A stretch of 64,000 bases of DNA from Escherichia phage fjerdesal, in the sequence record MN850605.1. One strand, given 5' to 3'. The translations under genes were made by a program, and so were the position numbers. Under the pieces are notes generated by a model. The model saw only the letters and a program-made list of their open reading frames with translations, had not been told where the DNA came from and ran no database searches. Below are positions 8,906 through 17,894 of this stretch, one piece after another (position 1 is the stretch's first letter; every line of letters begins with the position of its first letter).

Positions 8906-8978
8906 AAAAGCCCTCCTTACCTGAAAAATTTACCAGATAAGAAAGGCTTAGTCTATTGTGAATATCCTACGAAGTTTC

Positions 8979-9764
8979 TTAGTTCTTTGCGGCTAAGAAG
9001 GTAACTTCTGGCGAAGAGAAAACTGTCTCGATATCCTCATCAGTTCTTGCATAGATGTAAGTATCTGCATCACTGCCAAATGTTACTGCAATCCTGTGAT
9101 TGCTCTTCGACAGGTGGGTAACTAGAGCGTTACTTAGAGACATCTTTTCAACCGGAGGGTTACTTTGATGTATCTTACCTTTTCTTCGTCTGAAGAGGGT
9201 AACTGCATTATCCGTGAACACAACTACACCTGCGAAGTATTCTGGTTCACAGTAGTTCTTCCAACCTGAGCGTAACTTGTGGTACATCTCTCCTTCATAG
9301 ACATATAGATAAACATCTACGCTCTTCATTACCTGATTGATGATAACTGTGACGGCTTGAGGGTCCAACCCACCGATACCTGCACCAATCATAGGTAAAC
9401 CAACTTTCTTCAACTGATTAACTTCACAGTATCTGTTAAGTTGCTTCAAAGATGACTCTAAAGCACTGTATCGGGCATCTTTACCAGTCTTAAGCTGAGT
9501 GTAAAGGTTAGCTATACGACCTTGTTTTAAACGTGCTACGGAGAAATTACCTAGTAAATTTTCACAGGGTTTGTGGCCTATACCACCTGCATATAGATAA
9601 ACTTCTGTATCGGTCTCATATGCTTCTGGGTAAAGTTTAGAAATCTTGTCAGCGATACCTGCACCCATTAAATTCATACAGTTGCAACCGTGACCAATGA
9701 TGTCAAACTTACCTTTATCAAATGCAGCAAAGATGTCACCATTGATGATTTTTACAATACCCAT
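8979..9764 (-). CDS. macro-domain protein (ADP-ribose binding or processing) with C-terminal extension
   Basis: N-terminal pattern GDIF...DIIGHGCNCMNLMGAGIA and later PMIGAGIGG resemble macro-domain motifs (GDIT...IVNAAN...GGGV; A-G-I-Y-G). Confidence 0.5.
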   Translation of the reverse strand: MGIVKIINGDIFAAFDKGKFDIIGHGCNCMNLMGAGIADKISKLYPEAYETDTEVYLYAGGIGHKPCENLLGNFSVARLKQGRIANLYTQLKTGKDARYSALESSLKQLNRYCEVNQLKKVGLPMIGAGIGGLDPQAVTVIINQVMKSVDVYLYVYEGEMYHKLRSGWKNYCEPEYFAGVVVFTDNAVTLFRRRKGKIHQSNPPVEKMSLSNALVTHLSKSNHRIAVTFGSDADTYIYARTDEDIETVFSSPEVTFLAAKN

Positions 9765-9965
9765 TTAACATCTCTCCCAAGATTCTTTATCTTCTGAAGG
9801 TTTTACACGTTGCCCTTCATGGTCTACCCAGATGCACCCACAACCTTCACAGATTACTGGCATTGCATAACCAGCTTTAAAGTCATCTTCAGTGATGAGA
9901 CCTTTTAAGTCACCTGTATCACGTCCGAACATTTCGATAGAACAATCTTTGCAGAAGTCAGCCAT
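9765..9965 (-). CDS. small cysteine-rich (zinc-ribbon-like) protein
   Basis: ORF 9765-10043 trimmed to ATG at 9965 with GAGG SD; CxxC...CxGC. Confidence 0.4.
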   Translation of the reverse strand: MADFCKDCSIEMFGRDTGDLKGLITEDDFKAGYAMPVICEGCGCIWVDHEGQRVKPSEDKESWERC

Positions 9966-10185
9966 TGATAATTGCCTCTTGAATGATGATACCTTTACCA
10001 CAACGACTTTTAAAGTCTTCCAATGGCTGGGAGATAAAGCCACGTAAGCAATAACTGAATGCTAATTTTTTCCTGTAGATTATCACATCATTTGCTGTAA
10101 AAGGAATCACTTCATTTCTTCCAATGGATACTGCTGACCGGATAATTTTCCGTGTCTTTTTATCTCTGGCTAGTATTACTTTCAT
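9958..10185 (-). CDS. hypothetical protein
   Basis: ORF. Confidence 0.35.
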   Translation of the reverse strand: MKVILARDKKTRKIIRSAVSIGRNEVIPFTANDVIIYRKKLAFSYCLRGFISQPLEDFKSRCGKGIIIQEAIING

Positions 10186-10525
10186 AGTTTACCTTCTCAG
10201 TTAGTTCATATAAATCAACATGCTCAATACTATCAATGTTGATACCAATCTTTTTGAAGCGTTCTATCACTTCGTTGTCAGTCATCCATATCAGACACCA
10301 ATGATTGTGGATGGATTCTTCAAGAAGGTCAACACAATCTTTAAAAGTTTTTGTATCACTTCTTGTTCCAACTACTGCGATTGTTCCATATAACCACTTA
10401 CCATTACCATAAGTTACTTGTGCTACACCAACTTCTTTATCGTTCTCGTAGTAAACGGCTACAAAGTCTCTTCCATTAAGCTGCATTTGTAAGTTCCTCT
10501 GTTGGTAATTCACCATTTTCAGCAA
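10160..10525 (-). CDS. hypothetical protein
   Basis: ORF. Confidence 0.4.
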   Translation of the reverse strand: MLKMVNYQQRNLQMQLNGRDFVAVYYENDKEVGVAQVTYGNGKWLYGTIAVVGTRSDTKTFKDCVDLLEESIHNHWCLIWMTDNEVIERFKKIGINIDSIEHVDLYELTEKVNYESNTSQR

Positions 10526-10790
10526 AGTATTGAAGGTACGGCAACAGTTCTTTTACCTGTTCTTGATTGAGTTTCATTCTTTGGTTACCTACAAAATCTT
10601 TGCCTACTAATGCTGGGATATCAAGTGTTTTCCAGCCACCATCTAGGTACTGAACAGAGACCTCTTTAGCGCCTAACCAGATACATGGTTCATATGATGA
10701 ACTTTCTTGTAAAGTACAAATCTCTCCTTTAGCATCTTTAAATTCTGCATAAGAAAATCCACGATTTGTTGGCTGGAATTGCATAATCAT
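10476..10790 (-). CDS. hypothetical protein
   Basis: ORF. Confidence 0.4.
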   Translation of the reverse strand: MIMQFQPTNRGFSYAEFKDAKGEICTLQESSSYEPCIWLGAKEVSVQYLDGGWKTLDIPALVGKDFVGNQRMKLNQEQVKELLPYLQYFAENGELPTEELTNAA

Positions 10791-11056
10791 TTCCTCGTTT
10801 TTAGAACTGCTAAGATTTCTTTAGAGTCTGGTAAGAACCATGTGTAGTGATTCTCTTTGATTTCTGGATGAGTGTCAACCTTTATTTTGCACTCTTTACC
10901 AACATGCTTAAGTTGTGCTGTGACACCTTGCATAAAGATATGACACATCACGTTATCCATAATGGTTGGTGAGAAATCAACCCGCATATAAGTTTCTTTT
11001 GGTCGTGGTAGCAGTAAGTACCCTTCTACATAGAAAGTATCTTCGTTCTCTGTCAT
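10787..11056 (-). CDS. hypothetical protein
   Basis: ORF. Confidence 0.4.
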   Translation of the reverse strand: MTENEDTFYVEGYLLLPRPKETYMRVDFSPTIMDNVMCHIFMQGVTAQLKHVGKECKIKVDTHPEIKENHYTWFLPDSKEILAVLKTRK

Positions 11057-11322
11057 TGCTGCTTATTCCCTAATAAAATCATGTCAATAAGGTTATTAGC
11101 TTTGATTGTACACTGGTAAAATCCGTCACGGTAGAACTCAAGTGCTGCTGCTACATCACTACCTGTGTTGCCTTTGATGATATACCGTGATTCTTCTTGA
11201 GTGTACTTATCACTCTCACTTACTTGGGAGTTTTTGAATGTACTGCTCACTTTGTTCGTTGAACACCCTGACATAATTATCAGTAACACAAACATTATAA
11301 AACTCTGGCTTAGTTTTTTCAT
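11053..11322 (-). CDS. putative o-spanin (Rz1-like outer-membrane lipoprotein)
   Basis: signal peptide with lipobox-like IIMSGC; start lies inside the 3' end of the i-spanin candidate in another frame. Confidence 0.4.
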   Translation of the reverse strand: MKKLSQSFIMFVLLIIMSGCSTNKVSSTFKNSQVSESDKYTQEESRYIIKGNTGSDVAAALEFYRDGFYQCTIKANNLIDMILLGNKQQ

Positions 11323-11563
11323 ATGTTAGTACCTCTTTTGTGTGCTTATTCTTAGCAAGCACATCTTTCAAATCATTTTTGTAATTGGTGCTCAGTGTAG
11401 CTAATCCTTCCTGATAAGCGTCTTTAGCTACACTTATCAGCTTCTCATTGTTTAGCTCAGTTTCAGCAACTTGGTAGTCTCTGTAAGAGTATCCTCCCCA
11501 GACACCTGCCCCAACTAAGAAAACAATTATGAAAGTAGCTTGACAGAACTCTTTAAATGTCAT
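11216..11563 (-). CDS. putative i-spanin (Rz-like)
   Basis: N-terminal transmembrane helix FIIVFLVGAGVWGG followed by a charged, probably coiled-coil domain; overlaps the lipoprotein ORF. Confidence 0.45.
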   Translation of the reverse strand: MTFKEFCQATFIIVFLVGAGVWGGYSYRDYQVAETELNNEKLISVAKDAYQEGLATLSTNYKNDLKDVLAKNKHTKEVLTYEKTKPEFYNVCVTDNYVRVFNEQSEQYIQKLPSK

Positions 11564-11587
11564 TTAACAATCTCCTAAAATGAAAAA

Positions 11588-11603
11588 GGCTCCCGAAGGA
11601 GCC
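11588..11603 (-). terminator. hairpin GGCTCC-CGAA-GGAGCC with flanking T-run on the minus strand
   Basis: seen in sequence; same hairpin family at 17864 and 50399. Confidence 0.6.
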
Positions 11604-11615
11604 TGTATCTTAACC

Positions 11616-12095
11616 TTAACCGAGGACTTTAGCAAGGATATTCGCAGCCATCGAAGAAGCTTTTGCAGCAGCAACTACGCCAGCTTTGACAGTGCTATCC
11701 TTAATAGCAGATACCGTTGCAGCATCAGTAAAGAGATAAGTGATTGTTTTGGAACCACTTGTAAAGGAAAGCATAAGAGTAGTTTCCAGATTGAAAGAGC
11801 GATACGGAGCACCTTCTTTAACGATACCTTCAGCACCTAACTCTGAAGCCTTACCCATATCATAGATAGTCATCAGGTTTTCTTTGTGTGCAGTCGTTGA
11901 ACCAACACCTTTTACGTGCTTCTTAACGTTCAACAATGCACGATATTCACGAATGCTACCATCAGCTTTTACATTAACAGCACGGAAAATTTTACCTTCA
12001 AAGTTGCCTTGAATCATTTTACGAACTACTTCAGATTTGTTTGCCGTATCGTCCAGTGCTACCGTAATGATATTGTTCATAAGTTCTTCTCTCAA
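11616..12095 (-). CDS. hypothetical protein
   Basis: ORF. Confidence 0.45.
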   Translation of the reverse strand: MREELMNNIITVALDDTANKSEVVRKMIQGNFEGKIFRAVNVKADGSIREYRALLNVKKHVKGVGSTTAHKENLMTIYDMGKASELGAEGIVKEGAPYRSFNLETTLMLSFTSGSKTITYLFTDAATVSAIKDSTVKAGVVAAAKASSMAANILAKVLG

Positions 12096-12787
12096 TGTTT
12101 AACTAACATAGTTTTAATGTGTGGAAGGATTCTGTTTACCTTCTGAACATTATTCTCTGTATCTTCTATAAAGCATACTATATTAAAGTAAGGAAGAATG
12201 CAAGACTGAATCATCCTCACTTTCAAACTTTCTGCACTTATAGAGTTAGTTCCAAAACCACGCATAAAAAGCAAGTAATCATGCTCTATATTGTGCCTTA
12301 AAAACATCTCAGTAGGTATTCTCTGAGATTCACCTCTTGCTGTCAAGAGTCCAACTGCTGCATGATTTGCAATTGCATCAATAATGTTGAAAACATATGT
12401 TGGCTTTGCTCTTACAGAATCAAGAAGATTAGTGTACTGTGAGAATGACCCATCAGTCAATTCCGTTGAGCAATCTTCGTGATTAAAATTTGTAAGAACA
12501 CCATCAATATCTGCTAAGATGAGGTTACCTTTTTCTACAAGCTCTTTATTGACTATGACTAAACTATCACGCCTTACACCTATAGTTTGTCCAGTCTCTT
12601 TGTCCACAACGTTCACAATTGGTTCTGCTGTGTGGAACTCTTCCAGTGAACATACAACTTCTCTTGCAGTGTCTTCAAAATCCCTGAACTGTTCTGGAGT
12701 CCATACACAGGAATCAAGACCTAACTCATGAGGATGCAAGTCATAAGCGTGGCACAGGACTTCATCAGACTTTCTTAATTTTTTCAT
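12092..12787 (-). CDS. HAD-superfamily phosphatase-like protein (possible nucleotidase)
   Basis: motif I LILADIDGVL, then LLTARG, K in SLKVRM, acidic FIEDTENN. Confidence 0.4.
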   Translation of the reverse strand: MKKLRKSDEVLCHAYDLHPHELGLDSCVWTPEQFRDFEDTAREVVCSLEEFHTAEPIVNVVDKETGQTIGVRRDSLVIVNKELVEKGNLILADIDGVLTNFNHEDCSTELTDGSFSQYTNLLDSVRAKPTYVFNIIDAIANHAAVGLLTARGESQRIPTEMFLRHNIEHDYLLFMRGFGTNSISAESLKVRMIQSCILPYFNIVCFIEDTENNVQKVNRILPHIKTMLVKH

Positions 12788-13313
12788 GATTTACCTTAGA
12801 AATGTTTGTTGCAAATTCACATTGAGCGATAACTTTCATATTGTTATAGACATCTTGAGAGTATTTCTTAGCTTTAGGGATTCTGTACGAATACCCAGCA
12901 TTATATGATGCTAAAACTTTTTGTAAAGTCTTCTTTGACTTTGGGTGACCATGTACCTTCGTCCAAAACTCAAGCTCTTTATGTGTTTCTTTTGCGGCAT
13001 AGTCAAAATCTTTTAAGAGTTTCTTTTTAGCAACATTAGGACTAATTTTGTTACGCTTTACAACAGTCTTCAAGTGATTCTGGAAGATACCGTAGTCATG
13101 GGTCTTTTTATTTTCTACCTTCAGACCTAACTCTGACTCTTGTAAGGCTATAGCTGCTAGAGTGATACCCCAACCTTTACCCATGTTATTCTCACCATAC
13201 TGGTAAGCTTTTAACATGTTCACTTTTTGGCTAATTGATAGCTCTGGGCAGTCAACTGCATAAGATAAGTGTGCTGTAAACATTAAGCACAAACCTAGAA
13301 TCAATTTCTTCAT
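12765..13313 (-). CDS. secreted lytic transglycosylase (putative endolysin)
   Basis: cleavable-looking signal peptide MKKLILGLCLMFTAHLSYA; SLT catalytic pattern QESELG...GIFQ. Confidence 0.6.
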   Translation of the reverse strand: MKKLILGLCLMFTAHLSYAVDCPELSISQKVNMLKAYQYGENNMGKGWGITLAAIALQESELGLKVENKKTHDYGIFQNHLKTVVKRNKISPNVAKKKLLKDFDYAAKETHKELEFWTKVHGHPKSKKTLQKVLASYNAGYSYRIPKAKKYSQDVYNNMKVIAQCEFATNISKVNHEKIKKV

Positions 13314-13380
13314 TGGTTCTCCTGTTTAGTTTATCGTGACAACAATTATACAGCACTCTGCACAAAATACAAATAAAAAA

Positions 13381-13396
13381 GGCCGCCGAAGCAGCC
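13381..13396. terminator. hairpin GGCCGC-CGAA-GCAGCC flanked by A6 and T4
   Basis: seen in sequence after the rIIB stop. Confidence 0.45.
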
Positions 13397-13413
13397 TTTT
13401 AAGAAATTACTTA

Positions 13414-14523
13414 TTAGATTTCACGTTTACGTTGAGAGATAAGTTCACCAGCAGTGCCAACGATGACATGCAAAGCTTCAGTCTTACCGTCCCATGCTTC
13501 CAGCACTTTACGTTGATTATCAACGATTGCTGCAACTTCATAACGAGAGGAACGCATCTTCATATCGTTGTAATCAGTTGGAACAGATACAACATCTCGT
13601 GGGTGGACACGAACTTTCAGGATTGTATCACCTGAGAAGCTGCGAACATAATCCCAAGCACCAACATGAAGACCTTGAGAGCAAGTCACGTTACGGTTAT
13701 TATCAACCATCCAACGTGGCATCTCTACAATGTTACCCAAATCGTTAGGAACTTTGTAGGTGTGGGAGTCAACCAGCTTACCTTCACGAGTAGAGACTTT
13801 CTTCCAACCAATGATGTAGCCTTCTTCATCAATCTCAACATCGAGATGAGATATGAATCCCCAAAGCTGTTCTACAGAGTCTTTTGATGGGTTTTCCATC
13901 AGTTTTTCGAAGAACATTACAAGTCGTTCAAAACCTTTATCACCAGTCTTCATCATGTGAAGAATACGGTCAACCAGAGTAGAACGCATCTCAACAGCAC
14001 CGTAGAAGAGCTTGTCACCTTTGATTGTGATAGCACCCTGAGTGAAGTTTTCGATAGACTTACGAATGTTCATCAGTTCAAATGCTTTCTTGAACTCACC
14101 TTTCACAACATGAACTACAATCTCTTGATAGTTTGGATGAGTAGACTCAACAATTTCAGATTCTGAACCATAAGTCATAATTACAGAATCACCAGTAATC
14201 ATGTACTCAATCTTGTCATCTTTCTGCATAGCTTCGTGCAGTTTATTTACTGGAGCTTGCTGTACAGTGTCTTTAACGACCTTTTCAACTGGTTTGCCAG
14301 CTTTCTTTTTAAAAGTCTTAGCAACTTGTTTCAAAGTCTTCGTAGCTGGTGTAGAAGTTACCTTTTTATTCCCTTTTAGGGTTGCTTCATGACGCTCTAC
14401 AGCACGACCAACTGAACGGGTTGAAGTGTTAAATTTCTGTGCAATAGCTGTTTTGGTCAGCTTACCTTCTTTAACCAGTTTGTAAATTTCTGCGTCAATC
14501 TGTGCTTTAGTTTTAGTAGTCAT
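13414..14523 (-). CDS. rIIB: rIIB-like protein
   Basis: conserved blocks LVDRIL, ENPS, CSQGLHV and VHPRDVVSVPTDYNDMKMR match T4 rIIB as recalled; adjacent to rIIA. Confidence 0.8.
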   Translation of the reverse strand: MTTKTKAQIDAEIYKLVKEGKLTKTAIAQKFNTSTRSVGRAVERHEATLKGNKKVTSTPATKTLKQVAKTFKKKAGKPVEKVVKDTVQQAPVNKLHEAMQKDDKIEYMITGDSVIMTYGSESEIVESTHPNYQEIVVHVVKGEFKKAFELMNIRKSIENFTQGAITIKGDKLFYGAVEMRSTLVDRILHMMKTGDKGFERLVMFFEKLMENPSKDSVEQLWGFISHLDVEIDEEGYIIGWKKVSTREGKLVDSHTYKVPNDLGNIVEMPRWMVDNNRNVTCSQGLHVGAWDYVRSFSGDTILKVRVHPRDVVSVPTDYNDMKMRSSRYEVAAIVDNQRKVLEAWDGKTEALHVIVGTAGELISQRKREI

Positions 14524-14574
14524 CTTATTACTCTCTCTTGTTAGTTAATCAATCAATTTGTGAGGCTATTTTAA

Positions 14575-14590
14575 GGGGCTTTGAAGCCCC
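14575..14590 (-). promoter_or_regulatory. intercistronic palindrome GGGGCTTTGAAGCCCC embedded in a possible sigma70-like promoter (minus strand TTGACA-17/18-TTAAAAT)
   Basis: seen in sequence between rIIA stop and rIIB start; same stem family at 19697 and in module variant B. Confidence 0.4.
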
Positions 14591-14602
14591 TTGTCAAACA
14601 CT

Positions 14603-16969
14603 TTAATCGTAAATTGTAGTCCCTTCTGGAACACACTTCACATCAAAGCCTAAAAACTTACTCACTTCGATAGGTGATACTTTATTCCAATCTAAGTGTG
14701 AAAGCAAGAAGTTTTCTTGTTTTCTTTTTGAAAGATAGTTTGTCAGCTTAATAACCATGCGGTCACCCGCTTTCTTAATCTTTTTGTACAGTTTTGTGTC
14801 ATTATCAAGGCATGACTTCAAATCCTGAAGAACACTGATAGTGTAAGTGTATGCAAACGGTGCAGCCACATACTGAATCTTACCAAACATTGCCTCAACA
14901 GCATCTTCATTCCCTTCTAAGAAGATTGTCTTAATAGTATCCCTTGAATAACAATACCCGCGAGAAATCTTCCTGTTATTAAACGTAAAGTTTCTGGCAA
15001 TAATCCAACTGCTTGTAAGGTCAAGGACACCATTCATATAGATACGTGTCATATATCTGTTATGGTTAATCCAGTGAACATCAGTTAAGCTGTCGTTCAA
15101 GAGTTTCTCATCTACTTCAATCCAATCTTCTGGTATCTTTTTCCAATTTGCTTTTCGGAAAACATAGACTGTCTTACCTGTAACATTAGCAACTGACTTA
15201 GCTACATCTTCTGGAGATGAGCAAAAACATCTACCATCAACTGTGTCACCAACTGCCTTAATATAAAGCTGAGGTTCTTCAATTGTGTCTAAGTCCTCTG
15301 AAACCTCTTTATAGGAAGCTACAGATTCTGCTGGAACAGCTTTCCAGAGTTTTACAACACCTCTCACAGCCTCTTTACGCTGATAATGATGCTCCTTATC
15401 AGACATTTTCACAATCTTTAACAAGCTTTTATCAAGTTTGTGTAGATTGATTAAATCATCTAACTCTTTTTCAGTCGAGAATACAAACACAATACCATTG
15501 TATCTGTGGAACAGGCCTGACTCGTTAGCGTAGTCTCGACATGCACCACGCAAGATTTGATTTCGTCCTACAGTCTTCTCAGTACCGTTTTTATTGCGAC
15601 GGTCATTAATCACGAACAAAAACTGTTCAATTTGGCTTTTACGCATTGCACCAAAGATATTGAACATACTTGCCTCTTGAGTGTAGGAAAGTGCTGTTGC
15701 ACGAATCTTACTCTCTAAAGAGTTGAACTTGACATAAGCAACTGGGTCATAAAGGTAATCTACTTTAGGGATGTTGTTTCCGTTCCTATCAACCTTAATA
15801 TTACCTTTACCGTCACGTTCATAAATGACTGAGCCGTCTTCTGCGTAGATAATCCCACGACGAATGTTTAGCAATTCTTCTTCCAGAGAATCAAGCTTAA
15901 CGCCTCCCCACTCTAGCTTTGGACACACAGCATTAAACATCTCTCGTGAGTTCAAACGTAACTCAGCATAAGCCTGTGCAGCATCCATGAGTGTAGGTTG
16001 GCTATTAACTTTCTTGATAACATCCTTTGTAATGGCTTCAGTTATCTTTTTAGTAGCCTCAATGATAACATTTTTTGTCGTGTCATTCATCTGCAATGCT
16101 TCACGAGAAGCTGCAATAGCAACTGAACCAATAGGCATGTAGATGTTTACAAGGTCTACGCTCCTACGGAAAAATTCTGGCAATACTTTGAAGAAATCAT
16201 CACCAAGTAATGCTTCCATATTAACAGGGTAGGCAATGTTACCCATCACCACATTAAACTCTGTCCTGTTACCACTAGAACGCCAGCTTTGCTTATGAAT
16301 CATGGCATCATAAACACCTTCTTCACGGGCAATGACGTTCATATCTGCTAATACATCGTCGTACTCAATATTACTTTCTGGTTTTACAGTGAAGTATGAG
16401 TACACATTCCCAGCTTCTTCAAAGAACTTTGAGATACGGTGGTCAGCAACTGCCACACGTACAGCTAAACCATTAGGTTCTTTTGTTGGGTTAGTTGTCA
16501 GCTTAGTTACTTGAGGGATACCATTCTCAAGATAAACAGAGTACTTATTAACAACACCGTCAACATAGCTAGATACTGTGAATGACTGAGCAATTGCAAA
16601 TGGTGACTTTGAGCCGATACCCATTGCACCAATGTAGTCATTAGAGTCATTCTTCGTAGAAGCTCCATAGTTTAGGTACAAACTCATAACTTTATCATGA
16701 GTCAATCCAGTTCCAAAATCACGAACTTCGAAGTAAGGCTCAAAACGAGTAGGTAAATGCACATGGAATGGAATGTTCTCTTTTCCAGCTTCTTTCTGAG
16801 CATCTACTGCGTTACATGACAGTTCACGAATCACTGCCCTTTCTTTAAAGGTGTATACACCAGAACTCAAAAGGCTGAACATCTCAGGTGTCATTGTAAT
16901 CTGTGCTTGAGACGTCTCTAAAGAAGTTGAACTCTTAATCACTTCTGCGTGGTCATTTACCATGCGCAT
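14603..16969 (-). CDS. rIIA: rIIA-like protein (GHKL/HATPase-type N-terminal domain)
   Basis: AVIRELSCNAVDA, VRDFGTGL and NDYIGAMGIGSKSPF match the T4 rIIA N-terminal region as recalled. Confidence 0.85.
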   Translation of the reverse strand: MRMVNDHAEVIKSSTSLETSQAQITMTPEMFSLLSSGVYTFKERAVIRELSCNAVDAQKEAGKENIPFHVHLPTRFEPYFEVRDFGTGLTHDKVMSLYLNYGASTKNDSNDYIGAMGIGSKSPFAIAQSFTVSSYVDGVVNKYSVYLENGIPQVTKLTTNPTKEPNGLAVRVAVADHRISKFFEEAGNVYSYFTVKPESNIEYDDVLADMNVIAREEGVYDAMIHKQSWRSSGNRTEFNVVMGNIAYPVNMEALLGDDFFKVLPEFFRRSVDLVNIYMPIGSVAIAASREALQMNDTTKNVIIEATKKITEAITKDVIKKVNSQPTLMDAAQAYAELRLNSREMFNAVCPKLEWGGVKLDSLEEELLNIRRGIIYAEDGSVIYERDGKGNIKVDRNGNNIPKVDYLYDPVAYVKFNSLESKIRATALSYTQEASMFNIFGAMRKSQIEQFLFVINDRRNKNGTEKTVGRNQILRGACRDYANESGLFHRYNGIVFVFSTEKELDDLINLHKLDKSLLKIVKMSDKEHHYQRKEAVRGVVKLWKAVPAESVASYKEVSEDLDTIEEPQLYIKAVGDTVDGRCFCSSPEDVAKSVANVTGKTVYVFRKANWKKIPEDWIEVDEKLLNDSLTDVHWINHNRYMTRIYMNGVLDLTSSWIIARNFTFNNRKISRGYCYSRDTIKTIFLEGNEDAVEAMFGKIQYVAAPFAYTYTISVLQDLKSCLDNDTKLYKKIKKAGDRMVIKLTNYLSKRKQENFLLSHLDWNKVSPIEVSKFLGFDVKCVPEGTTIYD

Positions 16970-17155
16970 AATACTTTCCTCTTAGTTTACTGTTAAATTA
17001 CTTATTAAACATTTTACCAGAACCACCACACACAGGGCAACAACCTGCTCTTGTATACCCTTCCCCATTGCAGTAGTCACACTTCTTGTGTTCTGCAAAG
17101 TACTTGCAAAGAAGGTAAACAAATACTGCTACGCTACCGAGTGACAGTAAAATTT

Positions 17156-17509
17156 CTATCCAATATGCTTGCATGACTCACCTCTCATATTTTTGTAAAG
17201 GATAAAGCTTCTGTCATGAACGATACTTGTAGATACTGCAAAGTTACTTTCAAGCATCTGTTTGTTTGGATTGTAGAAGCTTTTTTTAAACTCGTCAAGT
17301 GCAAATTGGTGATTATCTGGAAGACCTTTTACGCAAACCTTTATCGTGATTGCTGCTGCGACCTTGCCAGTCAGTTCTTCTTTAGCTGCTACTAAAATTT
17401 TGTTAAGGAATTTATGACCATCTTCCGGCTTCTTAATGTTCTCCCAACGTTCTTCTAAGACAATGTTGATGTTCATCTCTTTGATTTTCATAGTATTCAC
17501 CAAGTCCAA
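17156..17509 (-). CDS. hypothetical protein
   Basis: ORF. Confidence 0.4.
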   Translation of the reverse strand: MDLVNTMKIKEMNINIVLEERWENIKKPEDGHKFLNKILVAAKEELTGKVAAAITIKVCVKGLPDNHQFALDEFKKSFYNPNKQMLESNFAVSTSIVHDRSFILYKNMRGESCKHIG

Positions 17510-17841
17510 TTAACTAATATGCCATCAAAACCTTTTGCTAAAGGTACACCCTCGTGTTCATAAAATTCAGGGTTAACTTCGAATCCACGATTTTCAATAT
17601 ATTCTATCATGTATTTCATCACAAAGCTAACCTCTTCATAGTTATCTGGGTCTCGACCAAAGAACTGCTCTATGACAAACATGCCTTCTTTTGTAGCAAA
17701 TTGGCAGTGGTGGTTATAGATGCCTTCACAAAACTTTTCAAACTTTTCTTTACCTAAAACTTCTAAGATGTCTGTGTAGGCAACTTGTAAGTATTTAGGT
17801 TGGGTAGGTTTCTTATTAAACCATATAGAAAGGTTATCCAT
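17497..17841 (-). CDS. hypothetical protein
   Basis: ORF. Confidence 0.4.
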   Translation of the reverse strand: MDNLSIWFNKKPTQPKYLQVAYTDILEVLGKEKFEKFCEGIYNHHCQFATKEGMFVIEQFFGRDPDNYEEVSFVMKYMIEYIENRGFEVNPEFYEHEGVPLAKGFDGILVNWTW

Positions 17842-17863
17842 AGCATTCTCCAGAAATTAAAAA

Positions 17864-17879
17864 GGCTCCCGTAGGAGCC
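17864..17879 (-). terminator. hairpin GGCTCC-CGTA-GGAGCC with T-run on the minus strand
   Basis: seen in sequence after the NAMPT stop. Confidence 0.6.
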
Positions 17880-17894
17880 TCTTATCATATACTT

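Noticed and set aside
13336-14392. Several plus-strand ORFs (60-99 aa) opposite rIIB
   Set aside because: rIIB identity on the minus strand is strong; these are antisense shadows.
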